DNA of 27,298 nt from Ignavibacteria bacterium. GTDB taxonomy: Bacteria; Elusimicrobiota; Endomicrobiia; PHAN01. Each line of letters begins with the position of its first letter. Position 1 is the stretch's first letter. Under the pieces are notes generated by a model. The model ran no database searches and was not told the DNA's origin. It was given only the letters and a program-made list of their open reading frames with translations. The DNA lies in NCBI GenBank assembly GCA_041694835.1, contig JBGFRZ010000062.1, positions 1-27,298 on the forward strand, given 5' to 3'. The position numbers and the translations under genes were made by a program. Of this stretch, positions 10,324 to 17,901 are shown piece after piece.

Positions 10324-11568
10324 ATGAATTACAATGAATTCTTGCAAGAACAAATGAAAAGCAGCGAAGGCCTTGGAAAAATTGTCGAGATATTTTCTAA
10401 AATAAAGGGAGAAAAAGTCCTGCTTTTCCCTCACGATGACCCCGACGGTCTTACATCAGGGATGATTATCGAAAACCTTCTTAAATCCAAAGGCGCTTCG
10501 GTTCGCACCGTTATTCTTCCGACTTATGAATTAAGCAGGAAAGAACTTCTGTCTCACTTGAACGACGAAAAGTTTGTCGTCATAGTTGATAAAGGAACGA
10601 TAGGTTATTACAGCGACTACACCGACCTGGCTGAAATTATAGTCATCGATCATCACCCGCCCCAGGGCGGTGAGATTAAGAAAGCCATTGTCTTTAATCC
10701 TTCCGTCAAGAACTATACACAGACTTCTTCATCGCACCTGACTCATATAATCTCGTCCCTCTGCGGAGTCAGGGACGACAAAACTGATTATCTCGCCCTT
10801 TTGGGCATGAAGGCGGATTGGGCGATAGAGCCGGCCACGGATATGGTGTGCGAATACGGTAGTCCGTTTTTTAGCGAGGTCTCGTCGAAATATCCCGATC
10901 TTTTGAAAAAAATAAAGGGAAGCCCCACGATGTTTGAAGTCAGGCAAAAAGAGTTCACGACGCTTCTTAATCAGATAGGGGAATTTTACTTTGTTATCTC
11001 CGGTGGAGGCTTTCAGTATTTTTATGAAAATCGCCAGCAGGAATTTGCATACAAGGTGCTTTTGGATTCGCCGTATAAAAATTGGAAAAATTTCGAAGAG
11101 TTTATCGACTCTCTATCGCAGAAGGAGAAATGCCGTAGTATATACGATAAATTCCGCACCGACTGGAAAACGCTTGATAAGGTTTTCGACTATTCCCTGT
11201 TTATTAAATCGGTCGGAGATGAAAAAACATATCTTTTCGTCGGTCGGAATGTCATGTGGCTCCCTATGGCCGGTTCTGTAAAGTTATATGATTTCAAGAA
11301 GAAAGAATCCGATTCAGACGTCGCTCTCATAATGGTCAATCAGGAAGCATCTGGTGGCGTGCATTTCTCATTTCGTTCTACGGGAGGAAAACTTCATCTG
11401 GGCAGGTTCGCCTCCGACCTTGCTGAAGCGCTGATTGCAAAATATGGACAGCGAGGAATTATATCCGGCGGCGGACATCCGGTTGCCGCTGAATGCAAAA
11501 CCAGAACATCTGGCGTGCCAATCGACGAAGCCCTTAAAATTTTTTTGGACATGTTGAACAAATATTGA
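10324..11568 (+). CDS. DHH/DHHA1-family phosphoesterase, uncharacterised subfamily
   Basis: Motifs HDDPDG, VIVDKG, VIDHH, ADW, FSFRS and GGGHPVAA. Confidence 0.85.
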   Translation: MNYNEFLQEQMKSSEGLGKIVEIFSKIKGEKVLLFPHDDPDGLTSGMIIENLLKSKGASVRTVILPTYELSRKELLSHLNDEKFVVIVDKGTIGYYSDYTDLAEIIVIDHHPPQGGEIKKAIVFNPSVKNYTQTSSSHLTHIISSLCGVRDDKTDYLALLGMKADWAIEPATDMVCEYGSPFFSEVSSKYPDLLKKIKGSPTMFEVRQKEFTTLLNQIGEFYFVISGGGFQYFYENRQQEFAYKVLLDSPYKNWKNFEEFIDSLSQKEKCRSIYDKFRTDWKTLDKVFDYSLFIKSVGDEKTYLFVGRNVMWLPMAGSVKLYDFKKKESDSDVALIMVNQEASGGVHFSFRSTGGKLHLGRFASDLAEALIAKYGQRGIISGGGHPVAAECKTRTSGVPIDEALKIFLDMLNKY

Positions 11569-11581
11569 CTACGGAGATAAA

Positions 11582-12460
11582 ATGACAACGAAAAAAATAC
11601 TGCCCAAAGCGCAGATAGGCGTCATCGGTGGTAGCGGCGTCTATGAGATTGAAGGCATCAAAAATGTGAAAGAAATAAAACTCACAACGCCTTTTGGTTC
11701 GCCATCGGATTCAATTGTAGTTGGCGAGTTGGACGGAGTAAGATGCGCCTTTCTGCCAAGGCACGGCCGCGGTCACAGAATATCGCCTTCCGAAGTGAAT
11801 TCAAGGGCGAACATCTATGCGATGAAGACCCTCGGCGTCGAAAGGATAATAGCTGTTTCGGCGTGTGGCTCGTTGAAAGAAGAGATAAAGCCCGGCGATT
11901 TTCTTATACCAGATCAACTTTTCGACAGAACGCGTGAGCGTCCGCGGAGTTTTTTCGGTGGCGGTGTGGTCGGCCACGTCGGTTTCGCCGAGCCCTACTG
12001 CAAGGAATTGTCGGAACTCATTTTTAAAAAGGGAAAGGAAATGAGAATTCCAATGCATTTAGGCGGGACATACGTCTGCATAGAGGGCCCGATGTTTTCT
12101 ACAAAGGCTGAATCGAAAGTTTTTAGACAGCTCGGATTTTCAATAGTTGGAATGACAAACCTCCCCGAGGCGCGACTGGCGAGGGAAGCCGAGCTCTGTT
12201 TTTCGACGATAGGCCTCGTGACCGATTACGATGTCTGGAAGGAAGGCGAGGAGGTTTCTGTCGAAAAAGTTATCGCGACAATAAACAAAAACGTCTTAAA
12301 TGTAAAGAAACTGATAAAAGCGGTCGCCCCCGAGATAAAATCGGAAAGAGACTGCCCGTGCGCCTCCGCTCTTAAGAACGCCATCATGACTCAAAAGCGG
12401 GCCATAAACAAAAAAACGGCGAAGAAACTGGATTTGTTGATAGGGAGATATCTGAAATGA
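11582..12460 (+). CDS. mtnP: S-methyl-5'-thioadenosine phosphorylase
   Basis: Motifs IGVIGGSG, TPFGSPS, FLPRHGRGH, CIEGPMFSTKAES, GMTNLPEARLAREAE and VTDYD. Confidence 0.93.
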   Translation: MTTKKILPKAQIGVIGGSGVYEIEGIKNVKEIKLTTPFGSPSDSIVVGELDGVRCAFLPRHGRGHRISPSEVNSRANIYAMKTLGVERIIAVSACGSLKEEIKPGDFLIPDQLFDRTRERPRSFFGGGVVGHVGFAEPYCKELSELIFKKGKEMRIPMHLGGTYVCIEGPMFSTKAESKVFRQLGFSIVGMTNLPEARLAREAELCFSTIGLVTDYDVWKEGEEVSVEKVIATINKNVLNVKKLIKAVAPEIKSERDCPCASALKNAIMTQKRAINKKTAKKLDLLIGRYLK

Positions 12461-13386
12461 ACACCAAAGACAGGGGAATTCTTGTCGTCGGCTCCGTTGC
12501 TCTTGACTCCGTAAAAACGCCTTTCGGTGGGATCAAAAACGCCCTCGGCGGTTCAGCTACATATTTTTCCACCGCCGCGTCATATTTTTCCGATGTAAAA
12601 CTCGTGGCTGTGGTAGGGAAAGATTTTTCGCAAAAGCACATGGATTTTTTGAGAAAAAGAAAAATAGATATCTCCGGTCTTCAGATAAAAAACGGAAAAA
12701 CATTCAGGTGGAAGGGCTACTATGAATACGATTTGAACAATGCCCACACACTTGAGACGCATTTGAATGTCTTCGCCGATTTTAAGCCTGATATGCCTGA
12801 AAATTACAGAAACAGTAAATATGTTTTTCTTGGAAACATCGATCCCGATTTACAACTTATCGTTCTAAAACAGGTCAAAAGTCCGAAGATTATAGGCTGC
12901 GATACGATGAATTACTGGATTGAGGGCAAATACAATTCTCTTAAAAAAACGATAAAACATGTTGACATACTTATTATCAACGAGGCTGAAGCGAGGGAGT
13001 TCGCCAAAGAGAAGAACCTTGTCGCAGCTTCAAGAAAAATAATGTCATGGGGACCGCCATATCTGGTCGTAAAGAGAGGGGAATACGGAGCGCTACTTTT
13101 CGCGGGGGCACATATATTCTTTGCACCAGCGTACCCCCTGGAAGAGGTTATCGATCCCACAGGCGCTGGTGACAGCTTCGCCGGGGGATTCATGGGCTAT
13201 CTTGCGAGCCACACCGAAAAGCTCGACATTGAGCATCTCAAGAGGGCTGTTGTTTTCGGGAGCGTTATGGCATCTTTTAATGTAGAATCTTTCAGCACGG
13301 AAAAACTCGGTAATTTAACAAAGTCGCAGATAATTAAAAGGTTTATGGAGTTTAAAAAACTCACTCACTTTGAGATGCTCAAATAG
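12457..13386 (+). CDS. PfkB/ribokinase-family kinase (probable nucleoside or sugar kinase)
   Basis: Motifs VGSVALD, LGGSATY, DTMNYWI, INEAEA, KRGEYGA and DPTGAGDSFAGGFMG. Overlaps the mtnP stop (ATGA). Confidence 0.9.
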   Translation: MNTKDRGILVVGSVALDSVKTPFGGIKNALGGSATYFSTAASYFSDVKLVAVVGKDFSQKHMDFLRKRKIDISGLQIKNGKTFRWKGYYEYDLNNAHTLETHLNVFADFKPDMPENYRNSKYVFLGNIDPDLQLIVLKQVKSPKIIGCDTMNYWIEGKYNSLKKTIKHVDILIINEAEAREFAKEKNLVAASRKIMSWGPPYLVVKRGEYGALLFAGAHIFFAPAYPLEEVIDPTGAGDSFAGGFMGYLASHTEKLDIEHLKRAVVFGSVMASFNVESFSTEKLGNLTKSQIIKRFMEFKKLTHFEMLK

Positions 13387-13503
13387 AGAATAGAGAACAA
13401 AGGGCGGATGACAGAGAGGGGCAGGTGCAAGATGCAAGATGCCGGTAAAAACCTTGCTTCTACCTGTATCCTGTATCGGTTTTTACTTCTCCTCTCGTCT
13501 CTA
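13384..13503 (+). repeat. Degenerate heptamer-repeat hairpin element
   Basis: TAGAGAA x2 ... TGCAAGA x2 ... TGTATCC TGTATCG ... TCTCTA. Purine arm followed by pyrimidine arm. Confidence 0.7.
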
Positions 13504-13518
13504 AAATCGGAGGTTTTA

Positions 13519-14499
13519 ATGAAAATCGGAAGAGATTTTACGAATTTACTCAACGCATCTTTTTTGTCCGAAGCGGAAAGGAAGGATTTAAGGTCGGGAA
13601 AACTTAGCGTGGCCGATATGGATGCCCGTGTCCAGATAAGGGCTAAAGCCGACATCATCAACCAGATAAATGTTGCTAAAGAAACCAGCCTTGACCACAT
13701 AGAGCTTGACGGCGGGGTTCCGAATCCTTATCTTGACCTTGCCGAGCAGGAATTGATGAGAGCGAAAGAGCACGCTAAAAAGAACGGTATAACGATTTCT
13801 TTTCATCTTCCCTATACTTTCGTAGCGGCGGCAACCGCCTCTTTTCAAGAATCCGACAGATTACTGGCAGTGGATCTTTTGAAAAGGTACATAGACGTGG
13901 CCGGCATTTTGGGGTGCAACAACGTCAACATGCATCCCGGAGCGGTACCTTTTTATCAGGCTGTGGGCGAATACAAAAAAATCGTCAAAGAAAGCGTGAT
14001 AAAATCGTTAAAAGAACTTGCACCACATGCGAAGTCAAAAAATCTCTCGTTTCATCTCGAAAACAACACGGCTTTCGACTCCATCTGCTATGAAGTAGAG
14101 GAATGCCTCGACATAATCAACGAGGTCAACTCTGACGGGAACGACGTGAAGTTCTGTTTTGACATAGGCCACTGGTTCACCAGGGCCGATATAGGCCTTT
14201 CTATCGCAAATCCCCCCGAAGACATAGTGGATGAAATACCCAAAGGATACCTCGCCCAGATTCACCTCAACGACTACATCCCCGTTGTCAAGAAATTTCA
14301 TCCGCCGCTTCATTACGAGAAGGGCCTTATGAAAAAAGAAAATCTCGTGCGTCTCATAAAAAAACTGAAGGAAAACGGGGCTGAGCTTATAGTGGTGGAA
14401 ACCGCCGTCAGGGAAATCGACGAGCTGTTAGGAGCAAAACAGCTCATGGCCGACGAGAGCAAATTCTTGAGGGAAGTTCTGAAAGAAGCGGGAATGTAA
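13519..14499 (+). CDS. Metal-dependent TIM-barrel protein (AP_endonuc_2 / sugar-phosphate isomerase-epimerase superfamily)
   Basis: Motifs SFHLPY, NMHPG, HLENN, FCFDIGH, QIHLND, FHPP and VVET. ATG 13519 follows GGAGG; the ORF-track extension to 13408 is repeat-derived. Confidence 0.82.
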   Translation: MKIGRDFTNLLNASFLSEAERKDLRSGKLSVADMDARVQIRAKADIINQINVAKETSLDHIELDGGVPNPYLDLAEQELMRAKEHAKKNGITISFHLPYTFVAAATASFQESDRLLAVDLLKRYIDVAGILGCNNVNMHPGAVPFYQAVGEYKKIVKESVIKSLKELAPHAKSKNLSFHLENNTAFDSICYEVEECLDIINEVNSDGNDVKFCFDIGHWFTRADIGLSIANPPEDIVDEIPKGYLAQIHLNDYIPVVKKFHPPLHYEKGLMKKENLVRLIKKLKENGAELIVVETAVREIDELLGAKQLMADESKFLREVLKEAGM

Positions 14500-14693
14500 G
14501 AGTTTGAGAGTTAAGACGCAAGAGGTTAGAGACGAGAGGATAGAAGACAGAGAACGGGAAGCGGGAAGCGAAGAACGCAAAGCGGAAAGAGTTAAAAGTC
14601 GTTCACCCTTCACGCTTTACGCTTTCCGCTTTCCGATATACACTTTCCGCTTTACGGCATTTTATTCTCTCACCTCTCACCTCTATTTGCTGT
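14500..14693 (+). repeat. Intergenic heptamer-repeat hairpin element
   Basis: AGAGGTT AGAGACG AGAGGAT AGAAGAC AGAGAAC GGGAAGC x2 GAAGAAC GCAAAGC GGAAAGA, then CCCTTCA CGCTTTA CGCTTTC x2 ... CCTCTCA. Near-identical blocks lie at 17732-17767 and 17805-17859. Confidence 0.92.
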
Positions 14694-14704
14694 AAGGAGG
14701 TTTG

Positions 14705-15361
14705 ATGTTTTACATTTTTTTGATGGGAAGGCCCGGTTGCGGCAAGTCGGAGATATACAGGCGTGTGGCCGACGAGTTGAAAAACAGGAAAATAGCTTCG
14801 GATTTTTTGAGAGTGGACGATTTTCCGAAACTCTGGGCGAAATTTACGGGCGACGACGCCGCAGAAAAAAACGGACACTCCAGAAGATATTCAAAAGCAA
14901 CAGATGATGGCGGATATCTTGTCACCAACGACGGCGTTTGGGACGAGATACTAAAAGAGCTCGACGGCGATCTTAAAAATCTTTCAAGGCACGGTATGGT
15001 GATATTCATAGAGTTTTCGAGACCCAATTACGTTCATTCGATTTTAAAAAATTTCTCAGACAACGTGCTTAACAACGGACTTGTCATATACATAGATTGT
15101 TCTTTTGAAGTCTGCTGGCAGAGAAATGTCAGAAGACACGAAGCAGCCATTGCCGCCGGCGGCGATGACCATTTAGTAAGTCGCGAAGAGATGGAGAAGA
15201 CATATCTTTACGATGACAGGGACGAACTTGTTAAAAATGCGAAAATTCCGGTTGTTGTCGTAAACAACGAAAAAGACGGTACCGGACATCTTGGAGAGGC
15301 GACCGGAACGGTGCTGTCGGAGATAGAAAAAATCATTAATGCGAAAAAAATAAAAATTTAA
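14705..15361 (+). CDS. P-loop kinase-like protein (NMP/nucleoside-kinase fold), unknown substrate
   Basis: N-terminal Walker A GRPGCGKS, RVDD, IFIEFSR and lid-like CWQRNVRR. RBS AAGGAGG at 14694-14700. Confidence 0.78.
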   Translation: MFYIFLMGRPGCGKSEIYRRVADELKNRKIASDFLRVDDFPKLWAKFTGDDAAEKNGHSRRYSKATDDGGYLVTNDGVWDEILKELDGDLKNLSRHGMVIFIEFSRPNYVHSILKNFSDNVLNNGLVIYIDCSFEVCWQRNVRRHEAAIAAGGDDHLVSREEMEKTYLYDDRDELVKNAKIPVVVVNNEKDGTGHLGEATGTVLSEIEKIINAKKIKI

Positions 15362-15377
15362 AGTATGGAATCAATAA

Positions 15378-16427
15378 ATGACGGATATTAAAGAGATTGC
15401 TCAAAAACTTCCAAAAGCCGAGTTGCACTGTCATTTGGACGGTTCTGTTCGCCCCGAGACTATACTTGCCTTGGCAAAAAAGCGCGGGGCAAAACTTCCG
15501 ACAGAAGATGTAAAAGAACTCAAAAAATATGTCTGCGTGCCGCCTTCCTGCCGCTCATTGGCGGAATTTTTGGCTTGTTTCAACTTTTTTTATGATTTTC
15601 TCAAGGATCCGGAAGCGGTCGAACGAATATCTTATGAGTTAGTCGAAGATGTTTCCCGGGAAAACGTGCGCATACTTGAGGTTAGATTCGCTCCGCCCCT
15701 GCAGGAAGTTCCCGGAAAGTTTTCCGCGGACGAAGTGGTAAAAAGCGCACTTGCCGGCCTCATGCGAGGTGAAAAAGATTTTCCCGGAGTAAAGACGGGC
15801 GCTATACTTTGTTTTTATCGCTCACTCACAGAAAAACAAAACGACGCCACGCTAACCGCTCTGAAAAAGTATTTTGGCCATGGCGTTATAGGAGCTGATT
15901 TGGCCGGCGATGAATCAGGATATCCTTTTGCTATATATGAAAAATATTTCCGCGTGGCTTGCGATATGGGTGTGCCGTTTACCGCCCACGCCGGAGAAGC
16001 GGCCGGTCCGGAAAGCATAAAAGCGGCTATTGATGCCGGAGCCCGCCGCATAGGTCACGGAACTCGCCTGCGTGAAGATAAAAATTTGCTCAGAAGGGTG
16101 ACAAAAGAGCGAATACCCCTTGAAATATGCCTTACTTCAAATGTCCAGACGCAGACGGTAAAAGATTATTCATATCATCCGATAGCGGAGTACTTTGAAG
16201 ATAATGTTAACATTACGTTGAATACCGATGACCGTTCAATCTCTGACATAGACCTTACGCATGAAATAATAATAGCAAAAGAGATGTATGGTTTTTCTGT
16301 TTCGGAAATTTTGGAGATAATAAAAAACGGTTTTGAGGCATCGTTCCTTGACGAAAAAACAAGGAAAGAAATAACCGACAAAAGTATAAAAGAGATGATG
16401 ACGCTTTGCCCGGAGCACAGTAAATAG
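15378..16427 (+). CDS. add: Adenosine deaminase
   Basis: Motifs LPKAELHCHLDGS, LEVRFAP, DLAGDE, HAGEAAG, RIGHG, LEICLTSN and NTDD. Confidence 0.94.
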   Translation: MTDIKEIAQKLPKAELHCHLDGSVRPETILALAKKRGAKLPTEDVKELKKYVCVPPSCRSLAEFLACFNFFYDFLKDPEAVERISYELVEDVSRENVRILEVRFAPPLQEVPGKFSADEVVKSALAGLMRGEKDFPGVKTGAILCFYRSLTEKQNDATLTALKKYFGHGVIGADLAGDESGYPFAIYEKYFRVACDMGVPFTAHAGEAAGPESIKAAIDAGARRIGHGTRLREDKNLLRRVTKERIPLEICLTSNVQTQTVKDYSYHPIAEYFEDNVNITLNTDDRSISDIDLTHEIIIAKEMYGFSVSEILEIIKNGFEASFLDEKTRKEITDKSIKEMMTLCPEHSK

Positions 16428-16437
16428 GGTCTGCTGA

Positions 16438-16974
16438 TCCCGCCAAGGCGGGACTAAAATTCACCACAGAGGCACAGAGAGCACAGAGAAAAAACTTTAC
16501 CACGAAAGCACGAAAGTTACCTGTCTGCCGACAGGCAGGGGAATCACGAAAAAAGTCCCCAATTTCGCGTTGGAGTTTACCCCGTGCCACGACACGGGGT
16601 GTCTTCGTGGTTCAGAGTTTTAATAACACAGAACTCACATCTTCATGGGTGATTTTTCTGTGAAGTTCTCATTTTTCCCCGCGTCTCTGCTGTGCCCCGT
16701 TAGAAATATTCTGTGATTATGGGCTATGAGCTGAACCCTTTGTCATCGTGTAATTTCTAACGGAGTGAAATTTTGGTTATTGTGACTTTGTACTAATAAT
16801 TTGTAAAAAAGTGCAAGGTTTTTTGGGCATTCCCCTCTAATAAGCGAAGCGGAGCGAAGTCCCCGATTTTATCGGGGGAGACAACACACCCCCGGCCCCT
16901 CTTAATAGAGGGGAGACAATACAGGGCTATGTGTTTCTTATCCCCTCTAAAAAGAGGGGATAAAGGGGTGTGTT
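16438..16974. repeat. Cluster of nested palindromes and REP/MITE-like inverted repeats
   Basis: TCCCGCC-AA-GGCGGGA (16438-16453). ACCACGAA...TTCGTGGT (16499-16611) encloses CCTGTCTG-CCGA-CAGGCAGG (16520-16539) and ACCCCGTG-n6-CACGGGGT (16579-16600). CCGTTAGAAAT...ATTTCTAACGG (16697-16763). CCCCGAT-TTT-ATCGGGG (16861-16877). AACACACCCC...GGGGTGTGTT (16883-16974) encloses two CCCCTCT-n4-AGAGGGG hairpins. Confidence 0.88.
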
Positions 16975-17078
16975 CGTGCAAAAATCGTGCAGTTTGAGCG
17001 CTGTTTTTATAATTTCCGTTGTAGTGCTTGAATTTTTAGCATTTTTCAGTAAGCCCTAAATAAATATGCGGAGGGGTT

Positions 17079-17474
17079 ATGGATAAAAAATATCAGGAAC
17101 TGCTTGAAGCAGCGATGTCAGCCCGCAAAAATTCATACAGTCCGTATTCCAGGTTCGCCGTCGGTGCCGCTGTTTTGACCGATGACGACAAGATTTTTAC
17201 AGGTTGCAATGTTGAAAACGCATCTTACGGATTGACTAACTGTGCAGAAAGAACTGCAATTTTTAAAGCGGTTTCCGAAGGACATAAAAAGTTCAAGGCA
17301 ATCGCGATAGTTTTAGATGCACCCGATTATGGGGCGCCCTGCGGAGCGTGTCGTCAAGTGATATATGAGTTCGGACCAAACATTGATGTTATTATGGGAA
17401 CGGTTTTAGGGAAACATGAGATAAAGAAAATGTCAGAACTGCTCCCCCTTGCATTCGGCCCGGAAAACTTATAA
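17079..17474 (+). CDS. cdd: Cytidine deaminase (homotetrameric type)
   Basis: Motifs YSPYSRFAVGAA, GCNVENASYG, CAERTA, PCGACRQ and LLPLAF. RBS GGAGG. Confidence 0.96.
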   Translation: MDKKYQELLEAAMSARKNSYSPYSRFAVGAAVLTDDDKIFTGCNVENASYGLTNCAERTAIFKAVSEGHKKFKAIAIVLDAPDYGAPCGACRQVIYEFGPNIDVIMGTVLGKHEIKKMSELLPLAFGPENL

Positions 17475-17652
17475 TGAGCTCGTTGAAAAACCTTAATCTT
17501 TTGAACGATTTGGCAGTTTCAGGTTAAAAGTTGAAATCGTTTAGACCGCAATGTCCGACGAGCAAAGCGAGGAGTTTTGTGGTCTGATTGAAACTTTTAA
17601 CCGTTAAGAAACTGCCCTTTAAGTGAAAAAGATGGGTTTTTCAATAATCTCA
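17475..17652. mobile_element. MITE-like long hairpin element flanked by TAA
   Basis: Terminal IRs TGAGCTCGTTGAAAAACC and GGTTTTTCAATAATCTCA (15/18). Inner stems GGCAGTTTC/GAAACTGCC, GGTTAAAAGTT/AACTTTTAACC and AGACCGCAA/TTGTGGTCT. TAA on both sides. Confidence 0.65.
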
Positions 17653-17665
17653 TAATACAAAGGAT

Positions 17666-17885
17666 AGAGGTCAGAGATGAGATGAGAGCACAAGGCACAA
17701 GTGCACAAGAGCAGAAGTCAGAGGACAGAAAACGGGAAGCGGGAATAGAAGAACGCAAAGCGGAAAGCGTAAAGGGTGAAGGGTTTAAAACTCTTCCCGC
17801 TTCCCGCTTTCCGATATACGCTTTCCGCTTTACGGCATTTTATTCTCTCACCTCTCACCCCTCACCTCTGTCCTCTATTTGCTGT
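17666..17885 (+). repeat. Intergenic heptamer/octamer-repeat hairpin element
   Basis: AGAGGTC AGAGATG, GCACAAG x3, AGAAGTC AGAGGAC AGAAAAC GGGAAGC ... GTAAAGG GTGAAGG, then GCTTCCC GCTTTCC ... CCTCTCA CCCCTCA CCTCTGT CCTCTAT. Confidence 0.92.
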
Positions 17886-17901
17886 TTTTACTGGAGAGAT
17901 A

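Noticed and set aside
13408-13518. N-terminal extensions in the ORF track (also 17776-17901, 24257-24337, 2958-2990)
   Set aside because: They run through repeat DNA or overlap the upstream gene. Downstream ATGs fit the RBS position or the family N-terminus better.
14504-14695. Short ORFs over repeat elements (also 17682-17921, 20975-21223, 20878-21087, 14428-14613, 6423-6614)
   Set aside because: They are low-complexity translations of stop-poor repeats with no convincing RBS. Their mutual similarity reflects the DNA repeat.
16428-17078. Purine riboswitch, tRNA or other known ncRNA in the long intergenic region
   Set aside because: I could not recognise a purine-riboswitch core or a tRNA cloverleaf with a T-loop. 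An Rfam search is needed to exclude other families.
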